This document shows, piece by piece, positions 58,893 through 64,000 of a DNA stretch of 64,000 bases. The notes under the pieces were generated by a model, which worked only from the letters and a program-made list of their open reading frames with translations, was not told where the DNA came from and did not search any database. Position numbers and translations under genes: made by a program. Position 1 is the first letter of the stretch. Each line of letters opens with the position of its first letter. This stretch comes from Longimicrobiales bacterium (GTDB taxonomy: Bacteria > Gemmatimonadota > Gemmatimonadetes > Longimicrobiales > Gaopeijiaceae), in contig CBDCNQ010000005.1 of assembly GCA_965219445.1 (NCBI GenBank), positions 1,504,001-1,568,000 on the forward strand, read 5' to 3'.

Positions 58893-59275
58893 CGTGCTGC
58901 TCCTGGAGCGTCAGGAGTGAGTCGAGAACTGGACCCAACACTGCAGGATGTGACCTTTCAGCGCGAGCCACCAGGGCGGGCATCGAGTGTTCTTTGGGAT
59001 CGCCTTCATACGCTGGACTTGCGGTGCGTTGCACCCGGGTCTACGGATGTGCGACGATGACCGGAGCCGAAGCCTGATTCGGCTTGATCGACGTCGAGGT
59101 GCTTCGGAGCGACTGACCGGGAGACGCGAGAACGCTCGGTACGCCGACCCACCCGCACCGTCTTGCCTCCGCGCCCCTGCAAGCTCACTGTGAGGGGCCT
59201 GATCATGCGTCGCAACGCGGCCCACTGTACAGCTTCAACAGCCTTCTAAATCAACCAGAGCCCCGAACAAAATCG

Positions 59276-60931
59276 ATGTCATCTGCGCGACGGCGGCGTG
59301 CCCGTCAGAGGAGCCGACAGAAAGGGAGGCAAGTAGCAGCGGACAGTAGCCGACGACGCCCCGCCCGCGATGCCTCGCCCGATTCGCGAGTCCCGTCACC
59401 CCACCGCGTGTTCTTGATACCGTTGGCTCTGACGCTGGGTCTCGCCCTTCTCTCGTTCGTGCCCCGTGTGTCGGGCAACCCGATTCTCGCACGCTCTTTC
59501 TGGGGTGCGGCCGTCGTGCTGCTCGTATGGCAGGTGGCGCTCTTCCTGCGGCTGAAGGGTGCGTCCGAGGGCCGATCGCTTATCACGGTGTTACGCCCCC
59601 AACATTACGTGCAGGCGCTCGTTCAAGTAGCGGTGTTCGCGTACTGGGGCTGGTATTGGCGGCCGGTCTACGACTTCGCCTGGCTCCTCGTGGCTCAGTT
59701 GGTGTTCGCCTACGCCTTCGACATGCTCCTGGCCTGGACGCGGCGCGAAAATTATGTGCTCGGCTTCGGGCCATTTCCGATCATCTTCAGCACAAACCTG
59801 TTCCTGTGGTTTCGGGACGACTGGTTCTACCTGCAGTTCCTCATGCTCGCGGTCGGGTTCATGGGCAAGGAGTTCGTGCGGTGGCAACGGGAGGGCAAAC
59901 GGGTACACATCTTCAACCCGTCCGCCTTTTCGCTGGGGCTGTTCTCGCTGGTATTGATTGCCACGAACACGACCCAGCTGACCTGGGGGCAAGAGATCGC
60001 CTCGACCCTGACCCTCGCTCCCTACATCTACTCGTTTCTCTTCCTGACCGGCCTGGTGGTCATGTACTTCTTTTCGATCACGCTGGTCGCCGGCTCGGCA
60101 GCCATTATGCTGTTCGGCCTGAGCGCCCTGTATGCCGCCGTCACAGGCGTCCCCTACTTCGTCGACTCCGAGATCCCCTCGGCGGTATTCCTCGGACTGC
60201 ACCTGCTTGTGACCGACCCGTCGACCTCACCGAGAACGCCGTTCGGGAAGAGCATTTTCGGTGGCCTGTACGGTGTGGGTGTCTTCGTCCTCTACGCTCT
60301 CCTGGGTGCCATTGGCGCGCCGACCTTCTACGACAAACTCTTGTGCGTACCACTCCTGAATATGAGCGTGCAGGCGATCGACCGCCTGGTGCGTGGCATT
60401 CAGACGAGTCCCGGCTGGAGTCGTTGGCGAGTGGACTGGGCTCCGGCGCACGCCAACTTGGCCCACATGGCCGTGTGGATCGTCTTCTTCGGTGCCATGA
60501 CGGCGATGGGACGGACCGACGGGCGTCATCCCGGTGACAGCCTTCCCTTCTGGCAGCAGTCGTGTGAAGACGGGCGGCGAAATGCGTGTGAACGCCTGAT
60601 CCAACTGGAGGCCTCGTACTGTGGCGACAACTCGGGATGGGCGTGTAACGAGTTGGGCTATCATCACATGGAGGGCCAGATCATCGGCGCCGACTCCGAG
60701 CTCGCGACCGCGTATTTCTCGAGGGCCTGCGAAACCCGGTTTCAGGCCGGATGCGTCAACGTGTTGGAGCCAGCGGGTCCCAGCCGAGCGGACCCACGCG
60801 TTATCGACCTCCGACTGCTCTTGCGCGAGGGGGGGCCGAACCTGATGGGTATGGCGGAGCCAGATTTGTACACTCGGGCCTGCCATCATGGTTGGACCTT
60901 CGCCTGCGCTGGGGGCGCTCAGTCACTGTGA
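59276..60931 (+). CDS. RnfD/NqrB-like polytopic membrane protein with C-terminal Cys-rich Sel1/Hcp-like repeats
   Basis: HIFNPSAF, TDPSTSP, many TM segments; four C-x7-C pairs. Confidence 0.7.
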   Translation: MSSARRRRARQRSRQKGRQVAADSSRRRPARDASPDSRVPSPHRVFLIPLALTLGLALLSFVPRVSGNPILARSFWGAAVVLLVWQVALFLRLKGASEGRSLITVLRPQHYVQALVQVAVFAYWGWYWRPVYDFAWLLVAQLVFAYAFDMLLAWTRRENYVLGFGPFPIIFSTNLFLWFRDDWFYLQFLMLAVGFMGKEFVRWQREGKRVHIFNPSAFSLGLFSLVLIATNTTQLTWGQEIASTLTLAPYIYSFLFLTGLVVMYFFSITLVAGSAAIMLFGLSALYAAVTGVPYFVDSEIPSAVFLGLHLLVTDPSTSPRTPFGKSIFGGLYGVGVFVLYALLGAIGAPTFYDKLLCVPLLNMSVQAIDRLVRGIQTSPGWSRWRVDWAPAHANLAHMAVWIVFFGAMTAMGRTDGRHPGDSLPFWQQSCEDGRRNACERLIQLEASYCGDNSGWACNELGYHHMEGQIIGADSELATAYFSRACETRFQAGCVNVLEPAGPSRADPRVIDLRLLLREGGPNLMGMAEPDLYTRACHHGWTFACAGGAQSL

Positions 60932-61896
60932 GCGGAAAGGAGCTAGAGCGGCAGAGCGAAGGTGGACCGCCACCATCCACGGGCGGGATGGCGTTCGTGG
61001 CCGTTCTTGTTTTGGCCGTTGCGGCATGGATGGCGTTCCAGCGTCCGCAACCCGAATCGGCGGTCAACGCGGAGCGTTTTTCGGGGTTGACGGACAGTTT
61101 TGGGGATCCCGCGGGCCTTCGGTCCGACGCATGGTTTCTCCCGGATGAAGAGCTCCTCGGTTTCGTTGAGGTTCCGGCCGGCCCGTTCTTGATGGGAAGT
61201 GATCCAGCTATCGACCGGCTGGCTTTCGACAATGAGTGGTGGCCGGGTGCCAGTCCCCAGGAGACGGTGGATCTTCCGGCGTTCTTCATAGGCAGGTACG
61301 AGGTCACGGTGGCGCAGTTCGGGGCGTTCGTCGAGGAAACGGGATACAGGGCTAATGATGAGGCGTTCCGGGCACGTCCGGATCATCCCGTGGCCACCGT
61401 TTCCTGGACCGACGCGCTCGCTTATGCCCGATGGCTCGAGACGACCCTTAGGGAATGGCCGGAGACGCCCCCCGAGCTCGGCCGACTGCTCCGCGACGGA
61501 TGGCGGATCACCCTACCGACCGAAGCCGAATGGGAGAAGGCGGCACGGGGGCTCGACGGGAGGGTCTATCCATGGGGAAATGAGCCGAGACAGGATCGGG
61601 CCAACTACGGGAGGCGGAGTACCGCTCCGGTTGGCAGTTTCGCATGTCCGGAATGCCCCTTCGGCCTTCTCGATATGAGTGGCAACGTTTGGGAGTTGAC
61701 CCGGAGTCCGTACCAGGCCTACCCCTACGACGAGTCGGACGACCGTGAGGGGCTCGACGCGGACGCCCTTTGGGTGATGCGTGGCGGTTCGTTCGACGAT
61801 TCTGAGCAGAACGTGCGGACGGCGATCCGGGGGGGTGCGGACCCGGGGGTGCGCCGGCCCTCCATCGGGTTTCGCCTGGTGATCACACGGTTTTAA
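60928..61896 (+). CDS. FGE-sulfatase-fold (SUMF1/EgtB/PvdO family) protein
   Basis: F.MGS, YEVT..QF, HPV..VSW.DA, LPTEAEWEKAARG, DMSGNVWE, RGGS, GFRL; GTGA overlap. Confidence 0.9.
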   Translation: MSGKELERQSEGGPPPSTGGMAFVAVLVLAVAAWMAFQRPQPESAVNAERFSGLTDSFGDPAGLRSDAWFLPDEELLGFVEVPAGPFLMGSDPAIDRLAFDNEWWPGASPQETVDLPAFFIGRYEVTVAQFGAFVEETGYRANDEAFRARPDHPVATVSWTDALAYARWLETTLREWPETPPELGRLLRDGWRITLPTEAEWEKAARGLDGRVYPWGNEPRQDRANYGRRSTAPVGSFACPECPFGLLDMSGNVWELTRSPYQAYPYDESDDREGLDADALWVMRGGSFDDSEQNVRTAIRGGADPGVRRPSIGFRLVITRF

Positions 61897-61920
61897 TGGG
61901 CCGCGGGGGGTGACACCACA

Positions 61921-62442
61921 CTAGGGAATCGCGTGCTCCACTCCCCGTATTTCCAGGATCCGCAACAGCGCCTCCCCGATCTTGTTGTTGGGCGTCGATG
62001 CTCCGGCGGTCATCCCCAGATCGAACAAACCCTCGGGCAGCCAGTCGGCGACCACGTCCTCGGGCGTGTCACTCCCGACATCCGGCTTGTGCCGGATCGT
62101 CCCGTTCTCCAAGTCGATACATGCCGCGTCCTCGATGTGATACGTGGTCGTGAACTGACGGCAGAGATGGGCGAGGTGATCGGTATTCGATGAGTTGTAG
62201 CCGCCTATGACGATCATGACGGCTGGGGGCCCCTCGTCCATCATCGTTTCGATGGCGTCCTGTCGGTCAACCCCGTAGCAGAATCCGAATTCCTGTGCTA
62301 GGCGCACAGTGATGTCGCCGAACACTCTCCGATGGCCCTCGGAACGGATGCCCTGGACGAGCGCGGATTGGTATTCGAGATCGATCAGAGGTTGCAGCTG
62401 AGACCTCAGACCGAATCCCCGTCTAATGTAAGTTTCTTCCAT
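61921..62442 (-). pseudogene. ispH: HMBPP reductase IspH with large in-frame internal deletion
   Basis: FGFCYGVDR joined directly to QDA..VIGGYNSSNT..TAGASTP; only 173 aa. Confidence 0.85.
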
Positions 62443-62574
62443 ACTCGTTTGTACGATGCCAGGTCGGTGGCTCCGTTGAGCCACCAATATGAAAGCTAAC
62501 GGTGGGCGTCGAGGACGCGAAGAACTCGCCGCCTGGCAGGACCGATCCCCCGTCGGTCGGGGTATTGTGGAGTC

Positions 62575-62991
62575 ATGAGCATTCTTGGGCGGCTTGCCCT
62601 CCTCTTCGTGATCGTTCCCCTGCTGGAACTTGCACTTCTGATTCAGATGGGCCAGATGGTTGGGTTCTGGCCCACGATTGCGTTGGTGGTCTTCACCGGC
62701 GTCACCGGTGCCTGGCTGACGCGCGCGGAAGGACTCCGGACGATATGGAGGCTACGCGATGACGTTGCCAATGGGCGTGTGCCGGGGCAGGCCATCATGG
62801 ATGGTATGGCCGTGCTCGCGGGCGGTGCGCTTCTCCTCACGCCGGGAATTCTCACCGACCTGCTTGGGTTCGGCCTGCTGGTCCCGGTGACGCGCCACGC
62901 CATCCAAAAACGGATCATGGCTCGACTCGAGCGCAGTATCGAAGAGGGCGCAAACCGGGTGAGAGTAGCCGGGGGCGAACTGCCCTTTTAG
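62575..62991 (+). CDS. fxsA: FxsA family membrane protein
   Basis: F..VPL.EL, EG, GG.LL.TPG..TD..G..LL.P..R. Confidence 0.92.
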   Translation: MSILGRLALLFVIVPLLELALLIQMGQMVGFWPTIALVVFTGVTGAWLTRAEGLRTIWRLRDDVANGRVPGQAIMDGMAVLAGGALLLTPGILTDLLGFGLLVPVTRHAIQKRIMARLERSIEEGANRVRVAGGELPF

Positions 62992-63022
62992 CCCCGTCCC
63001 GGAGCTTATAGCTTTTCCCACC

Positions 63023-64000
63023 ATGAGCGACTCCCCCCCTTTTCTCGCTAGCCTCCTAGACGCTGTCGGCCCCTCCGGATTCGAGATTGGGGCGGCTCGA
63101 CTTTGGCGAGCGGAGGCGGAGGACTTCACGGACTACGTCAAAACGGACGTCAGCGGGAACACACTCGCCACCGTCAATCCGAATGGTCGGCCACGCGTCA
63201 TGCTTGCCGGTCATATCGATGAAATCGGCCTCCAAGTCACGCACGTCGACGAGGAGGGGTTCCTCTACATGGATCGAATTGGAGGATGGGATCCCCAAGT
63301 ACTCGTGGGCCAACGTTTGAGAATATTGGGCTCGGCGGGCGATGTCTGCGGGGTTGTGGGGAAGAAGGCCATTCACCTTCAGAAGGCCGATGAACGCAAG
63401 AAGGTCTCGGAGATCAGTAAACTCTGGGTGGACGTCGGGGTGGCATCGCGGGCGGAGGCGACGGAGCTTGGCCTAGGAGTTGGCGACGCGATGGTTATCG
63501 ACGCGGCGATGGTGAACTTGGCGGGCGACCGAATCGCGAGCCGCGCCATCGATAATCGGATCGGGGCGTATGTCGTGCTCGAGGCCCTGCGGTTGATCTC
63601 CGACACGTCACCGATAGCGTCCGCCGTTGCAGTCGCAACGGTACAGGAGGAGATCGGTGGCGGGGCCGGCGGGGGAGCGCGCACCAGTGCTTTCGATCTG
63701 GAACCGGACGTAGCTCTCGTGGTCGACGTCACTTTCAGTACCGACGTTCCCGATATTGAGAAGAAGGAGTTGGGGGAGCACCGTCTGGGAGGAGGCCCTG
63801 TGTTGAGCCGGGGATCGGCAGTCCACCCTGTGGTTTTCGAGCGCTTGGTGGAGGTAGCGGAGGCGGAAGGAATTCCCCATACGGTTCGAGCTGCGGCGCG
63901 GTCTACGAGTACGGATGCAGACTCGATCTACCTGACTCGATCCGGCGTCCCTACTGGGCTCGTGTCTGTGCCGAATCGATACATGCATTCGCCGAATGAG
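63023..64000 (+). CDS. M42 family metallopeptidase, 3' end outside window (not in ORF track)
   Basis: GPSGFE, MLAGHIDEIG, IGGWD, RAIDNRIG, VQEEIG, VDVT, TDAD, P.RYMHSP.E. Confidence 0.93.
   Translation, partial: MSDSPPFLASLLDAVGPSGFEIGAARLWRAEAEDFTDYVKTDVSGNTLATVNPNGRPRVMLAGHIDEIGLQVTHVDEEGFLYMDRIGGWDPQVLVGQRLRILGSAGDVCGVVGKKAIHLQKADERKKVSEISKLWVDVGVASRAEATELGLGVGDAMVIDAAMVNLAGDRIASRAIDNRIGAYVVLEALRLISDTSPIASAVAVATVQEEIGGGAGGGARTSAFDLEPDVALVVDVTFSTDVPDIEKKELGEHRLGGGPVLSRGSAVHPVVFERLVEVAEAEGIPHTVRAAARSTSTDADSIYLTRSGVPTGLVSVPNRYMHSPNE

Noticed and set aside
58893..59275. Short ORFs in the spacer between the MOSC and RnfD-like genes
   Set aside because: No motifs or ribosome-binding sites; probably non-coding or unrecognisable remnants
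1..64000. CRISPR array, tRNA (including tRNA-Sec), rRNA, prophage or defence system
   Set aside because: No regularly spaced repeats, cloverleaf signatures or phage/defence motifs were seen by eye

Overview
High-GC bacterial chromosome segment containing the replication origin. Gene content and protein style suggest Gemmatimonadota (inference). The core block is dnaN-oriC-dnaA / rpmH-rnpA-yidD-yidC-mnmE-acyP-mnmG-parS-parA-parB-M23 peptidase-bactofilin. Around it lie a molybdate ABC transporter (fused ModA-ModB), pyrE, lipA, lpdA, lemA, peptidases and a redox/stress accessory region (about 44-59 kb) with a frameshifted IS630. Best hidden signal: a membrane-anchored TolB-like/TPR protein split only by an in-frame TGA in a C-P-I-TGA (CxxU) context, with a hairpin 11 nt downstream. 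This is a candidate new selenoprotein. Other notable items: a di-heme oxidoreductase-Rieske-porin operon behind tandem DtxR-type palindromes; an RnfD-like/Cys-rich repeat protein coupled to an FGE-fold protein; DnaA-trios at oriC; a second DnaA-box cluster; a duplicated MarR operator; two genes needing non-canonical (CTG) starts; and several cleanly deleted genes (ispH, SDR, thiolase, acyl-CoA dehydrogenase). No rRNA, tRNA or CRISPR array was recognised. All calls come from motif recognition by eye; no searches were run.
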